DNA of 64,000 nt from an uncultured virus (IMG/VR IMGVR_UViG_3300022602_000040) (IMGVR_UViG_3300022602_000040); one strand, 5' to 3'; shown: positions 1-9,528, counted from the first letter of the stretch. Numbers and translations are program-made. Notes: generated by a model from the letters alone, not told the origin.

Positions 1-22
1 CAGATTGCTTTCTTCATAACCC

Positions 23-51
23 CTTATCGCTGTTTTTCAGTAAAAGGTCAA
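23..51 (-). promoter_or_regulatory. early promoter
   Basis: TTGACC-17-GATAAG. Confidence 0.75.
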
Positions 52-1097
52 CAGGCAGTTTCGTTGAATTTTTTAATGAACCAAGGACGAGCCACATTGG
101 CAACAGCCGAACCGAGCTTCTTAGGATCAATACCAGAAGCTACGATCGTGTCCTGTTCCTCCTTGATGATGTCGTTAAACACCCAGCGAAGGAAATCGCC
201 CATAGACTTCATTTCGAACGGCTTGAGTTGCTCACGGACGAGGTTGTCCAGGCCTTGTTCAAGGCGCGCTTCAGTGACAGTCGCATCCACGAAGGACCGC
301 ATGTTATCGACAGCCTCAACATCCACTGCAGCAAGCGTACGTACCTTAGAAACAGAATGCTTCTCACCCTTGACCTTAAACCAAGTGCCGGAATCATTCC
401 ATCCGTCCGACACACATGTCCATACAACACCTTCTCCGATGCCAGAGACTCCGAAAGCTTTTCCAACTGGACATTCCTTTTCTACTTCTTCGGTGATTTC
501 GATCATCTTGTTCTGAGCAATTTCAGGGAACGCGAAGTCGATGTCGATCTCCCAAGTTTGGAAAGTATCGATGTTGAACAGATTATCTTCAGGTAGATGC
601 AGGTCAATCTCGCCAACAGGTACCCACTGAGTAGTACCGTCACCGAAAACAGCTTTCACAGCAAAGATGATAAACATCTTTGGAAGCTGTGTAAGAGCAA
701 CACCCTTCTGAATACCTGCACCACACCATTCACCGAAGATAGCAACCTTGGCAACGTCCCGGTGCGGAAGGATCTCGTGAGTCACCTGACGTACCACATC
801 ACGCCACACTTCCTCATTCTTCATCTGTGCGAGCATAAAGCCAGCATTGTCAGAAGTCAGCGACAGTTCACGCTCACGAGACTGATACGTGATGGTCTTA
901 GTGTCGACATCATACACAATACCAGCGTTGGTACCATGCAGCTTGACAGTACCACGGAACCTGAGCGTAGGCAGAGGCTTGGAACCATCGTAAATAGCAT
1001 CACCATTCTCATCACGACCAGCGTAACGAGACTGCTGCTGCACATGGCGGATAACATTCCTGAATTGTTCGATTGAGGGGAACCTAATCAAGTGCAA
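48..1097 (-). CDS. RNA ligase, Rnl2-like nucleotidyltransferase
   Basis: Motif I KLHGTN, FGEW, EGVV and FKVK ligase motifs; C-terminal helical domain; likely TTG start at 1097 after AAGGAG (ORF track extends to 1133). Confidence 0.8.
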   Translation of the reverse strand: MHLIRFPSIEQFRNVIRHVQQQSRYAGRDENGDAIYDGSKPLPTLRFRGTVKLHGTNAGIVYDVDTKTITYQSRERELSLTSDNAGFMLAQMKNEEVWRDVVRQVTHEILPHRDVAKVAIFGEWCGAGIQKGVALTQLPKMFIIFAVKAVFGDGTTQWVPVGEIDLHLPEDNLFNIDTFQTWEIDIDFAFPEIAQNKMIEITEEVEKECPVGKAFGVSGIGEGVVWTCVSDGWNDSGTWFKVKGEKHSVSKVRTLAAVDVEAVDNMRSFVDATVTEARLEQGLDNLVREQLKPFEMKSMGDFLRWVFNDIIKEEQDTIVASGIDPKKLGSAVANVARPWFIKKFNETAC

Positions 1098-1254
1098 TCT
1101 CCTTTTCTTTGCATGGCATATCTCCCGCACCAAAATCTACGATATAAGGAAAGGGAAGATAATCTTCCAGAACATCAACCACTGTTCCTACTTGATTTTC
1201 GTTAACAAGTCCAATATCTCGCGTGGCATACACCCTATCACCAACTTTAAACAT
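1084..1254 (-). CDS. small hypothetical protein (MFKVGDRV, SH3-like)
   Basis: ORF with typical phage MFKVGDRV start, overlaps neighbours in an operon. Confidence 0.6.
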   Translation of the reverse strand: MFKVGDRVYATRDIGLVNENQVGTVVDVLEDYLPFPYIVDFGAGDMPCKEKEIALD

Positions 1255-1408
1255 AATCTTCTTCCTCATCTTCAATCAGGAAACCTTCACCACCACAAGT
1301 GATGCAAGTTTCACCATATTCTACACCACTGCCACCACAGGACATACAATCAACAGGATTGCAGCCGCGCCGACCATACGCATCTTCATATATCACGTCG
1401 TCCGTCAT
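1247..1408 (-). CDS. small CxxCxGxG zinc-finger protein (DnaJ-type Zn motif)
   Basis: CMSCGGSG and CITCGGEG motifs; coupled to upstream stop. Confidence 0.6.
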   Translation of the reverse strand: MTDDVIYEDAYGRRGCNPVDCMSCGGSGVEYGETCITCGGEGFLIEDEEEDYV

Positions 1409-1680
1409 CACTTCTTCCTCAAAATATAATACGCAGCCATCGACAGCCACGTAATATCAGCAAACATCAGCAGAGCATCACACGCCAGTGACCACCACTG
1501 CTGTAGATGTGTGTAGTAAAACAGGAGCCAGACGCTCCACGAACAAAAGAAAATAGCAGGTGCCCAATGAACACCCTTGAGCTCTTTATCCTTGTAAATC
1601 TGATAAATGTCAACGAAAACTGCCAGCGAACCAGCAGCTTCGAAGCACGAGTTGATAAGATCATGTGTGTCTAGCATCAT
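1408..1680 (-). CDS. 3-TM membrane protein, SemiSWEET/PQ-loop-like
   Basis: 90 aa, three hydrophobic segments, QIYKDKELKGVHW resembles the PQ-loop/SemiSWEET loop. Confidence 0.55.
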   Translation of the reverse strand: MMLDTHDLINSCFEAAGSLAVFVDIYQIYKDKELKGVHWAPAIFFCSWSVWLLFYYTHLQQWWSLACDALLMFADITWLSMAAYYILRKK

Positions 1681-1928
1681 GCAGCTTTGACAGTGATGTC
1701 ACGGAAGGTCACACGGAACTTCATCATAGCGAGAGCAGTATCAGCGAGACGAGTGATGGAACGCTTGCTGGGCGACTTGTCGTTGTAGTATTCAACATAA
1801 ATCCAATCGATCATGTCACCACAAGCATTGCGATCACGCATGATCTTGACAACCTCACCGCGAATGGTACCAGCAGCCGATTCATAGCGAACGCGATCAC
1901 CAATCAGGACAGTCTTCGGAGCAGTCAT
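1677..1928 (-). CDS. hypothetical early protein
   Basis: ORF with AAGGA RBS directly downstream of early promoter at 1954-1982. Confidence 0.7.
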   Translation of the reverse strand: MTAPKTVLIGDRVRYESAAGTIRGEVVKIMRDRNACGDMIDWIYVEYYNDKSPSKRSITRLADTALAMMKFRVTFRDITVKAA

Positions 1929-1953
1929 CTCGATTTCCTTCTCTTGACAACCC

Positions 1954-1982
1954 CTTATCCGTTATTTTCATCATAAAGGCAA
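1954..1982 (-). promoter_or_regulatory. early promoter
   Basis: TTGCCT-17-GATAAG. Confidence 0.8.
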
Positions 1983-1994
1983 CAGGCATCAGAC

Positions 1995-2019
1995 AAAAAA
2001 AGAGGGGCCGAAGCCCCTC
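1995..2019 (-). terminator. intrinsic terminator
   Basis: GAGGGGC-TTCG-GCCCCTC followed by T7 on minus strand. Confidence 0.9.
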
Positions 2020-2042
2020 AGGTTATCGCAAGGGAGAAGAAG

Positions 2043-2645
2043 TCACTTGCGGAAAAATAGCTTCCGAACGATCCATACCACCAGTGCGATGCCACCGATC
2101 AGAATGATCAGATTAATGAGTCCCCAGAAGATCATACCGAAGAATCCAGGGCCATTGTCGACAGGGGCTGGTGCCTGTGCGACTGGGACTCCACCAGGAG
2201 CTACCTGACCACCGCCCTGAGCATAAACGACCTGCTGCTGTGGCTGCTGATTGTGATCCATCATGTACAGCCAGAACCAAGGGCTGCTGAACGCACCACC
2301 ACCGCTACCACCATAGTAGTTGTGCTGAACGACAGGAGCAGATGGTGCATAAGTCGACGTCACAGGACGCTGAACAACCTGGGTCTGCTGGGGCTTGTAC
2401 GAGTACGAAGGACCAGACGAGAACTTAGGAGCAGCGGCTGGGGCAGGTGCGGCTGGCTTGTACGAATACGAAGGTCCAGACGAGAACGAACGAGACGAAG
2501 AAGAGCTCGAGCCAGATGAAAACGACGAGCGGCTTGACGAGAATCCACCGCCAGAGCTGAAACCACCTGGCTTAGCAAAGACAGGAGAAATCATCAGAGA
2601 GGCAGCAGCGACACATGCAACAAAGCGCTTAAACATAGTATACAA
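2043..2645 (-). CDS. exported Gly/Ser-rich membrane-anchored protein
   Basis: Signal peptide ending VFA, low-complexity GGFSSG region, two FSSGPSYSYKP repeats, C-terminal TM helix. Confidence 0.75.
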   Translation of the reverse strand: MYTMFKRFVACVAAASLMISPVFAKPGGFSSGGGFSSSRSSFSSGSSSSSSRSFSSGPSYSYKPAAPAPAAAPKFSSGPSYSYKPQQTQVVQRPVTSTYAPSAPVVQHNYYGGSGGGAFSSPWFWLYMMDHNQQPQQQVVYAQGGGQVAPGGVPVAQAPAPVDNGPGFFGMIFWGLINLIILIGGIALVVWIVRKLFFRK

Positions 2646-2647
2646 CC

Positions 2648-2875
2648 TTATTCAGAGGGAAAGATCTTGTGGAGCTCCGCAAGGATCTCCTGCTTGGTTT
2701 CAGTCTTGCCAGACTCCTCCAGCTTATTCAAAAAGGCAACGAAATTCTCGAGAAGATCATTCTTGCCTTCGAGGTGCTCAATGTAAGCCTGAGCTTCGTC
2801 GATCACCTTACCAACAACATACGGTTGCGTTTCACGGATGTTCTCGAAATCCCCAAAGAGTTCTACGTACTTCAT
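2648..2875 (-). CDS. hypothetical protein
   Basis: ORF with AAGGAAG RBS in operon. Confidence 0.65.
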   Translation of the reverse strand: MKYVELFGDFENIRETQPYVVGKVIDEAQAYIEHLEGKNDLLENFVAFLNKLEESGKTETKQEILAELHKIFPSE

Positions 2876-2887
2876 TTTATACTTCCT

Positions 2888-3166
2888 TTACCAAGTGTTG
2901 CTGTTACGAATGCGTTCACGTTCAGCCTGACGACGTGCCTCACGTTCGGCTGCTTTCTTTGCGTTTTGCAAAGTCTCATACTTGTCGTAGACGATGATTC
3001 CAGCAATACCAAGTACGACGACGATTGGAATTGCGAACCATTGAAAGATTGCTATGATCATAATAAAAGCAATCAATCCTAGTGCACCTCCGGCAGCAAT
3101 CTGACCCACCTTTTTAAATGTAGGGATCGATTCCCTAAACGCTTGTTTTAGTAACTCTAAATCCAT
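2888..3166 (-). CDS. hypothetical membrane protein
   Basis: Two TM segments plus charged tail; AAGGAG RBS before ATG at 3166. Confidence 0.7.
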   Translation of the reverse strand: MDLELLKQAFRESIPTFKKVGQIAAGGALGLIAFIMIIAIFQWFAIPIVVVLGIAGIIVYDKYETLQNAKKAAEREARRQAERERIRNSNTW

Positions 3167-3176
3167 AATATACTCC

Positions 3177-3641
3177 TTACTTGTTTGCATTAACCCACTT
3201 ATGATACAGACCTACCTCACGACCATATGCTTCGATCTCCCACGGAGAATCAAAGTAATCGTCTTCTTTAGGTTTAGGATACCAAAACTTCCCCTGCCAC
3301 TTGGTGGCTAGACGAACGCCCTTACCCTTGCGAGCAAGCGCGAGTTCTTTACCCAGTTCGTTTTTGGCATATTGTTTAACGTGAACCATCTCATGGCCCA
3401 GCGTAGAGATCATCTCTGGTAGAGACTGTCTTTTGAGACGGATAGTGAAAAACTTGGGACTGCGACAGGATTCTTCTGAAATGCATTCGCCAGTAACGTC
3501 CAACTTTGATTCGATTTCGATATCAAGGTATATTAGCTGAATCGTACGAGCATGCAACAACTGTGATGCGAAGAAACGAGCAGCTTTCTCGAGCGTCGCG
3601 ATTGTACGCTTGGATCTCGTTCCAGTGACAGTAATCTGCAT
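3177..3641 (-). CDS. zincin-like metallopeptidase (HExxH)
   Basis: LGHEMVHVKQ and PWEIEAY motifs; own early promoter at 3663-3691. Confidence 0.75.
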   Translation of the reverse strand: MQITVTGTRSKRTIATLEKAARFFASQLLHARTIQLIYLDIEIESKLDVTGECISEESCRSPKFFTIRLKRQSLPEMISTLGHEMVHVKQYAKNELGKELALARKGKGVRLATKWQGKFWYPKPKEDDYFDSPWEIEAYGREVGLYHKWVNANK

Positions 3642-3662
3642 GTATACTCCTTTTGACCCCTC

Positions 3663-3691
3663 CTTATACCGAAGGAAGGGATCAAAGGCAA
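3663..3691 (-). promoter_or_regulatory. early promoter
   Basis: TTGCCT-17-TATAAG. Confidence 0.8.
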
Positions 3692-3695
3692 CAGC

Positions 3696-5762
3696 TTATT
3701 TCGAGGTAGCTCTGTAAACCCCATCCCATTCTTTTGGTCTTGGAGGATTCTTGCGGATCTCGTCAATGCGTTCGGCCATCATATCATAGTAAGCAGTAAG
3801 TTGTCCGCCCCAGATACCACGCATCGCTTGTGCCATAGCATGTGCCCTGTTCCAAGCGCCAAGACGATATGCATTCAGGAATAGGTTGTGAGCGGTTTCT
3901 GATTTCTCGTCAAACTTGTCTAGGACAGTGTAGATTTGAACGGGTTCGGTTTTGCCTTTGACTGCAATGAGGTCGAGCTCAACGACTTGGTATGTATCTC
4001 GTACATACTCTGCCGTTTTTGGTCCGATAACGATTTTGACTCCGTAAGGCTTGCTTTGACCTTCGAGACGAGATGCCAAATTGACGCCATCACCCAAGCA
4101 AGTGTAATCAAAACGCTGCTCAGAACCCATATTCCCAACAACCACAGTGGCAGTGTTAATGCCAAGACCCATTCCAAAAGGTGGGGTTCCTTCCGATTGT
4201 ATTGACGCATTAAACTTCTCCAAGTCTTTTAACATAGCCATACCAGTGCGAACAGCGTTCAATGCATGACGTTTATCTTCGAGCGGTGCGTTCCAGAAAG
4301 CCATCTGAGCATCACCGATATACTTATCAAGTGTTCCTTCGTTCTCAATGATGCGAGCAGTCATCGCAGTCATGTAACGGTTCATGATCTTCGTTAGAGC
4401 CTGAACATCTTCACCATAGTGTTCCGATATGGTAGTAAAGCCACGAACGTCAGTAAACATAATGGAAAGCTCACGTGATTCTCCTCCTAGTTTGAGTAAG
4501 TCTGGATTCTTCTGAAGCTTCTCGACCATAGCTGGCGACAAATATGTTCCGAACTGCTTTTTTATCTGTTGCTTTTGTAGGAACTCTGAGATATACTTCA
4601 CAGTGTAGATGTGGATGTAGATTAAGGCAACGGCGAAAACGTTGTATGACACATCAAACAAAATATGCTGAGTCTTGAAAAGATACATAGGTAGATAGAG
4701 ATAACCACCTAGCATCGCAACGACATACACGATGTTGTATCTTAGACGAGAGACGACGATCAATGCCAGAGCAAGAAAAACAAGACCAGCATAATCGGCT
4801 ACAGGAAACCAATTCGGAATCGAAACAGAATCCCCATTCAGAAGAGTTTGAAGGATACTCGCCTGGAGCTGATGGGGATACTGGGCACCTGAAGGAGTCG
4901 CTACGGGGTTGGCTACGCCACTCGCAGTCACACCGAGTAGAACGATCTTTCCATCGAGACGCGGAGTATTCCCGCCTACTTCAAACGATGAGAATTCAAG
5001 ATTCGGATTAATGAACACACGACCATATTCATCAGTGGAGATTTTACCAAACTGTGGAACACGAACAGCCTCAACACCCGTCTGATTCACTTTCGCTTGA
5101 TAGCTTGGATCACCTGCAGCAGTGCGTAGAAGTTCTAGAGCGAATGAAGGATAATATTCGCCTTTTGATAGAGCTAACATCGGGACACGACGAACAACCC
5201 CATCCGATTCCGGTAGTGTCGATGTTACACCAACACCTGCCGATGACTCTTGCAGAGATGGAATGTTATCGATCACGCATGGATAAGATGGTAAGAAATC
5301 AGTTGGTTGGCCGTCCCCAATCACCGCCACCCCAGTCTTCTTTCGGGATGAGTTATCTCGCCCACAGGATGTGGATGCGGACTGGCTAAGAACAACTGGA
5401 TACTGCTTTAGTGTATTCTCAAGTACGCTATCTGTACCCATACGATCAGGTTCAGGCATAAGAATAGTAGTGCCGACAAGACCTGCCCCTTTGCCATAAA
5501 CATCGGTAATGATTTTAGAGTAGACTTCTCTTGGAAAGGGGTATTGACCATACTTTTCAAGAGTCTTCTCTCCTATGTTGGCAAGCACGATCTGATCCGA
5601 ATGAACAGGCTTATCGATCATTAGGTAGTCGTAGAACTTCAATCGTACGGCGTCGACAAGATACGGATTGGAGAGTTTGACAACGAGTAGAATAGCAAAC
5701 GTCAACAACGCCATCCATGGCGATAGAACAACTTTGTTAATTTTTTGTGTACGTGTAGCCAT
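3696..5762 (-). CDS. CHASE2-domain membrane class III adenylate cyclase
   Basis: N-terminal TM, CHASE2 motifs (YGQYPFPRE, DGVVRRVP, LDGKIVLLG, ATPSG), three TMs, catalytic domain with FTDVRGFT, DKYIGDA, DYTCLGDGVNLASRLE, VKGK. Confidence 0.93.
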   Translation of the reverse strand: MATRTQKINKVVLSPWMALLTFAILLVVKLSNPYLVDAVRLKFYDYLMIDKPVHSDQIVLANIGEKTLEKYGQYPFPREVYSKIITDVYGKGAGLVGTTILMPEPDRMGTDSVLENTLKQYPVVLSQSASTSCGRDNSSRKKTGVAVIGDGQPTDFLPSYPCVIDNIPSLQESSAGVGVTSTLPESDGVVRRVPMLALSKGEYYPSFALELLRTAAGDPSYQAKVNQTGVEAVRVPQFGKISTDEYGRVFINPNLEFSSFEVGGNTPRLDGKIVLLGVTASGVANPVATPSGAQYPHQLQASILQTLLNGDSVSIPNWFPVADYAGLVFLALALIVVSRLRYNIVYVVAMLGGYLYLPMYLFKTQHILFDVSYNVFAVALIYIHIYTVKYISEFLQKQQIKKQFGTYLSPAMVEKLQKNPDLLKLGGESRELSIMFTDVRGFTTISEHYGEDVQALTKIMNRYMTAMTARIIENEGTLDKYIGDAQMAFWNAPLEDKRHALNAVRTGMAMLKDLEKFNASIQSEGTPPFGMGLGINTATVVVGNMGSEQRFDYTCLGDGVNLASRLEGQSKPYGVKIVIGPKTAEYVRDTYQVVELDLIAVKGKTEPVQIYTVLDKFDEKSETAHNLFLNAYRLGAWNRAHAMAQAMRGIWGGQLTAYYDMMAERIDEIRKNPPRPKEWDGVYRATSK

Positions 5763-6816
5763 TGCAAGGTCCCGTCGAACAAGTTATAGACATAGCAGCA
5801 GAGTCACTCGTCGTTGCATTAGTTTGCGACACGGTGACTCCTACATTTGGACTATTTATAGTCAGTGAGAATAATTTCTGAGCTGCTCCCGATTGTGTAA
5901 CATTCACCGTGTTGCCATTGGTAGGAATGTTTAATTCAAGAAAGTGATTACCTGTGCCTGACTGGTTTGTGGTGATATTGTTGTTGCTGCCAGACACATT
6001 CTGAAACAAACTCTTGCTATTCCCTGTCTGTGTATTGTTCATTGTGTTAGTACTACCAGACACAACAGATTCTTCAAGATTGTAATTGCCAGTTTGCACA
6101 GCAGTAATACTGTGGTAAGATCCATCAATATTAGCTTGCATTAAGTTGTAATCACCAGTCTGCGTAACTGTAACGCTGACGTTTGTCCCACTTGTTTGTT
6201 GAATGTAGACAAGATTGTGACCTGTTGTGACCGTTTGATTGATCATCGATTGCTCTGCTGGCGTGATCGTTGCTGCTGGATAAGTCGGAGCAGGAGTATA
6301 TGTCTGGCCAGAGGCTAGTGGTGTTGTAGAGCCACCACCCGCAAACGTGTTGGTTTGTGCAACTGTTGGGTTGGCTGTTCCCGTGAAAGAAAACCCAGAA
6401 GTGTTGGGGAATCCGTAATCAGTGCTGAATACCGTTCCGTTTAGATTTGCGTTTGTGAAGAAGAAAAAGTGATGACCGACAGCATCCACACCTTCGACAT
6501 CTAGCTTACCGTTGCCAAGATTAGCAGCAATCGAACCATTTAAATTGTACACTATCATGGTCCACGGATAGTTGGGATCATTGCTAGCAACGAAACCAAT
6601 ATACTGTGTTGATGATATGTGGTACGGAGAACCTGTATTCCATGACGTACCTATACCGCTAAGGCTATAGATCTGACAAGTAGAGGTGTAAAGGCAAGCG
6701 CTAACATTCCATTGGGTATCACTAAACTGAGCAGATCCAAACTCAAGATTAGAGAAACTTGTAGCATGAGCAACGGTTGCCCACAGCAACAGAAACAAGC
6801 CAATTAGCCTTTTCAT
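5737..6816 (-). CDS. secreted protein with C-terminal curlin-like repeats
   Basis: Signal peptide; repeated x-Q-(T/S)-G-x-x-N units (VTQTGDYN, AVQTGNYN, TNQSGTGN) after an N-terminal non-repeat domain. Confidence 0.75.
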   Translation of the reverse strand: MKRLIGLFLLLWATVAHATSFSNLEFGSAQFSDTQWNVSACLYTSTCQIYSLSGIGTSWNTGSPYHISSTQYIGFVASNDPNYPWTMIVYNLNGSIAANLGNGKLDVEGVDAVGHHFFFFTNANLNGTVFSTDYGFPNTSGFSFTGTANPTVAQTNTFAGGGSTTPLASGQTYTPAPTYPAATITPAEQSMINQTVTTGHNLVYIQQTSGTNVSVTVTQTGDYNLMQANIDGSYHSITAVQTGNYNLEESVVSGSTNTMNNTQTGNSKSLFQNVSGSNNNITTNQSGTGNHFLELNIPTNGNTVNVTQSGAAQKLFSLTINSPNVGVTVSQTNATTSDSAAMSITCSTGPCNGYTYTKN

Positions 6817-7964
6817 TTTGTAGGTGCTCCATTCTGAACGATTGTGATTGTTCCCTGTGGTCTGCCATCACCTTGATTGGTCCATTTTTGATTCATAAAG
6901 TTGTACGAATCAACGACACCGTTTTGAGAGACAACCACTTCTACTTCTGTGGTCTTCGGTAGCCATATAGTAGCTGCTTGTTCTTTATCGGGTGATAGCA
7001 ATGAATATGCCCAACCGATCTGCACCAGCTTCTTATTCAGAACAGGAGACACGTTCGTATACACGGTCTTCTTTGGCAACACGTCATTAGTTTCAAGATA
7101 CAAACTTGCAAGCTGATCTGGTGTCGCTGGTTTTGCATTAATCACAGCAGCGACTTGGTCGAACGGATCCCCACCAGTGTCTGGGTCTTGGTTAGAATCT
7201 GCAGCCGCCTGAGCAGGATTCGCAGCTACCTTCAAGGCATTCTTGGCTGACTTGGCAAGGTTTTCACCTGTCGTGGTTGTAGGTGCCGATATCTGCAACG
7301 AGTTGTTGATCTGCTTCATCGAAAGATTAACCTTGACGGGTGGAGCTGGAGGTGTGAAGCTGTTTTCCACCATCGTAGCTTGAAATGGTTGATTCATTTT
7401 CACAAGACCAGCAGCAGTCAATACCTCGATCGAGCCAACAGGACAGTCATCCGTAATCTTCGTAGGATCCTTGTCGTCATAACAACTTGGTAGAAGGATG
7501 ACCGTTGTTTTCCCGAGCTCATCCACGGACATTAGGAAGTCTGTACCGCGCACAGCGATTGTTGCAGTTGGTGTACGAATATTGACACCGTTAGGATTAC
7601 CGTGTGCAACAGCTCCAGATGCATAGCGAACTGTTCCTAAGGCAACCTTGAGCCCCAGTCTTCCTTTGGATGAATTTTTACTATCATAAACAAAGTCGTC
7701 AATAACGAGTCGGCTATTCTCGGTGATGTTAACCGTGGTGGCATCGACGAATGTGATCTTGAACTTGCCTTGGCTGTTGGTTATAACCGTATCCATTTTT
7801 TCGATCCCACTACCTTTGGTAGCAGGGTGAACAACGGCTGATCTTTTGATCTGTCCAGCCCCTCTTGATTCTGTTATCGACCCGATACTGGCAAGAGCAG
7901 GGGTCGATAACAGAAGTAGAAGATTAGTGACCAGTCTTAATGTTGTACGTACCATTCGATCCAA
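6813..7964 (-). CDS. FecR-domain periplasmic protein
   Basis: Signal-like N-terminus; DTVIT...ITFVDATTVNITENSRLVID...GTVRYASG...IRTPTATIAVRGTDF is the FecR signature. Confidence 0.85.
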   Translation of the reverse strand: MDRMVRTTLRLVTNLLLLLSTPALASIGSITESRGAGQIKRSAVVHPATKGSGIEKMDTVITNSQGKFKITFVDATTVNITENSRLVIDDFVYDSKNSSKGRLGLKVALGTVRYASGAVAHGNPNGVNIRTPTATIAVRGTDFLMSVDELGKTTVILLPSCYDDKDPTKITDDCPVGSIEVLTAAGLVKMNQPFQATMVENSFTPPAPPVKVNLSMKQINNSLQISAPTTTTGENLAKSAKNALKVAANPAQAAADSNQDPDTGGDPFDQVAAVINAKPATPDQLASLYLETNDVLPKKTVYTNVSPVLNKKLVQIGWAYSLLSPDKEQAATIWLPKTTEVEVVVSQNGVVDSYNFMNQKWTNQGDGRPQGTITIVQNGAPTK

Positions 7965-8700
7965 CGCTAGTGATATTGATTACAGTTTCAGAAGCACCAT
8001 ACTGTTGTGTTGTCAATGTGTTTCCTGTTCCTGTAAAGCTAGCGTAAAGTGAATGACCGTATGTACCACCAGCATCGGTTTGTGTTGTATTCACGGTGTT
8101 GTTATTACCGGTGAATAGAAGAGTCTGAGATGCGTTTGGTGATGTTACAGTATTGGTGAACGAGTTGTTGTTACCTTCAGCGTCAATAGTCTGAGTGAGA
8201 TTAGCTGCAGCACCATGATAAGCAATAGAGTTACCGTTGCCACCGAACTTTAGGTTCATGTTTAGGTTGTTACAGTTAGAGTCGGTCAGATATGTACCGC
8301 AACGAATGTCAGCCGAATTGGAGTTACCAAGCTGTTGAATTGTTGTGATTGTTCCGCTGCCAGTACCTGTAGAGCCGATGATACCCATCTTCAACGAGTT
8401 GGAATTACCAGTCTGAACGACAGTTACTGTTTGATTGTCACCACGGAGGTAGATTGGATCTGCCATCGTGCCTACAATATTCGATGTACCAGTCTGTTGG
8501 ACATTCACGTTGACATTTTGACCGGACTGGTTGATGTACACCTTGTTTGTTGTTGCGACAGCGCCAGATTCAGTTTCATTTGGAGAAGTGGCGACGATCG
8601 CTGGAGGAGTTGGAGCCGTTGGTAACACAGCTACAGCTTGTGCGAAAGCCGCGGATGTGTAAAACAATGCCCCTAGTGCAATTGCTTTTAATAGTTTCAT
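7924..8700 (-). CDS. curlin-repeat protein (CsgA/CsgB-like)
   Basis: Signal peptide; many Q-x-G-x-x-N repeats (INQSGQN, QQTGTSN, VQTGNSN, QQLGNSN); directly downstream of csgG. Confidence 0.8.
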   Translation of the reverse strand: MKLLKAIALGALFYTSAAFAQAVAVLPTAPTPPAIVATSPNETESGAVATTNKVYINQSGQNVNVNVQQTGTSNIVGTMADPIYLRGDNQTVTVVQTGNSNSLKMGIIGSTGTGSGTITTIQQLGNSNSADIRCGTYLTDSNCNNLNMNLKFGGNGNSIAYHGAAANLTQTIDAEGNNNSFTNTVTSPNASQTLLFTGNNNTVNTTQTDAGGTYGHSLYASFTGTGNTLTTQQYGASETVINITSVGSNGTYNIKTGH

Positions 8701-9518
8701 TTTGGTTGCTCCTGTGGCTTTTTCTTAAAGTGCCATAGACCTTTCTTTTCACCACTATGAATCAACTCAACAACACCAGCTTCTATGGCCGAACGAATAG
8801 CATAACTACCAGCTTCATTTGAAGTCTGTTGACCATCTAGTTCAAAGGCATGAGTTCCCAAGTCGAAGAATGCAAACACAGTTACACCTTCTGATGTAGA
8901 TAGCACGTCTTTTTGTACGGTGACAGTGTCTAGCACTTCACCAGTCTGGACAGATACCAGTCTCATTGCAATAGTAACCTGGTCCTCTGCGTATTGTGTG
9001 TTAGGACCAATACCTAAGTAGCGAACACCATTACCGCCAGTTTTGGTGTCAGCGTTATAGTCGATAATCCCACCTTCAATGATTACACCAGCTACAGTGA
9101 GTGGTGGAAGCGGAGTAGCTTTATCACCATCAGATAGTTCGCGCATCTGTCTTACAAGCTGACGTTCCTTGATAACAGAATCGATACCAACTCTTTCGAC
9201 AGGTTTGAACCATTTGCCGTCACCAGTATCAGCAAGCGTTTTTATCAGGTATGCATCAGCACCTTGTGTGACGGCTGTTGAAAACGACGAAACAGACTGA
9301 GACGACTTGCGTTGTCCAGTCTTATCTGTGAACGAATATATGGCAACAGGGATTGGTGGACCATCCAGCTCTGGGAGATCCTTGAACAGTTTTGGATTAG
9401 CGAATGCTTGAATCTCTGGCTTGCTTCTTGTCAGATAGGACTGATTCATCTTTGGATGAATAGCGCCCAGACAGCCAGATAGCAATAGCATCAATGGAAG
9501 AACGATTAGCTTGTTCAT
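8697..9518 (-). CDS. csgG: curli secretion channel lipoprotein CsgG
   Basis: Lipobox LSGC; VAIYSFTDKTGQRK, FSTAVTQGA, WFKPVER, IEGGIIDY, GGNGVRYLGIG motifs. Confidence 0.93.
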   Translation of the reverse strand: MNKLIVLPLMLLLSGCLGAIHPKMNQSYLTRSKPEIQAFANPKLFKDLPELDGPPIPVAIYSFTDKTGQRKSSQSVSSFSTAVTQGADAYLIKTLADTGDGKWFKPVERVGIDSVIKERQLVRQMRELSDGDKATPLPPLTVAGVIIEGGIIDYNADTKTGGNGVRYLGIGPNTQYAEDQVTIAMRLVSVQTGEVLDTVTVQKDVLSTSEGVTVFAFFDLGTHAFELDGQQTSNEAGSYAIRSAIEAGVVELIHSGEKKGLWHFKKKPQEQPK

Positions 9519-9528
9519 CAATTCCCCC

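Noticed and set aside
3696..5762. Cyclase as a Pycsar/CBASS-type defence enzyme
   Set aside because: CHASE2 receptor architecture, purine-specifying residues and no adjacent cNMP-binding effector
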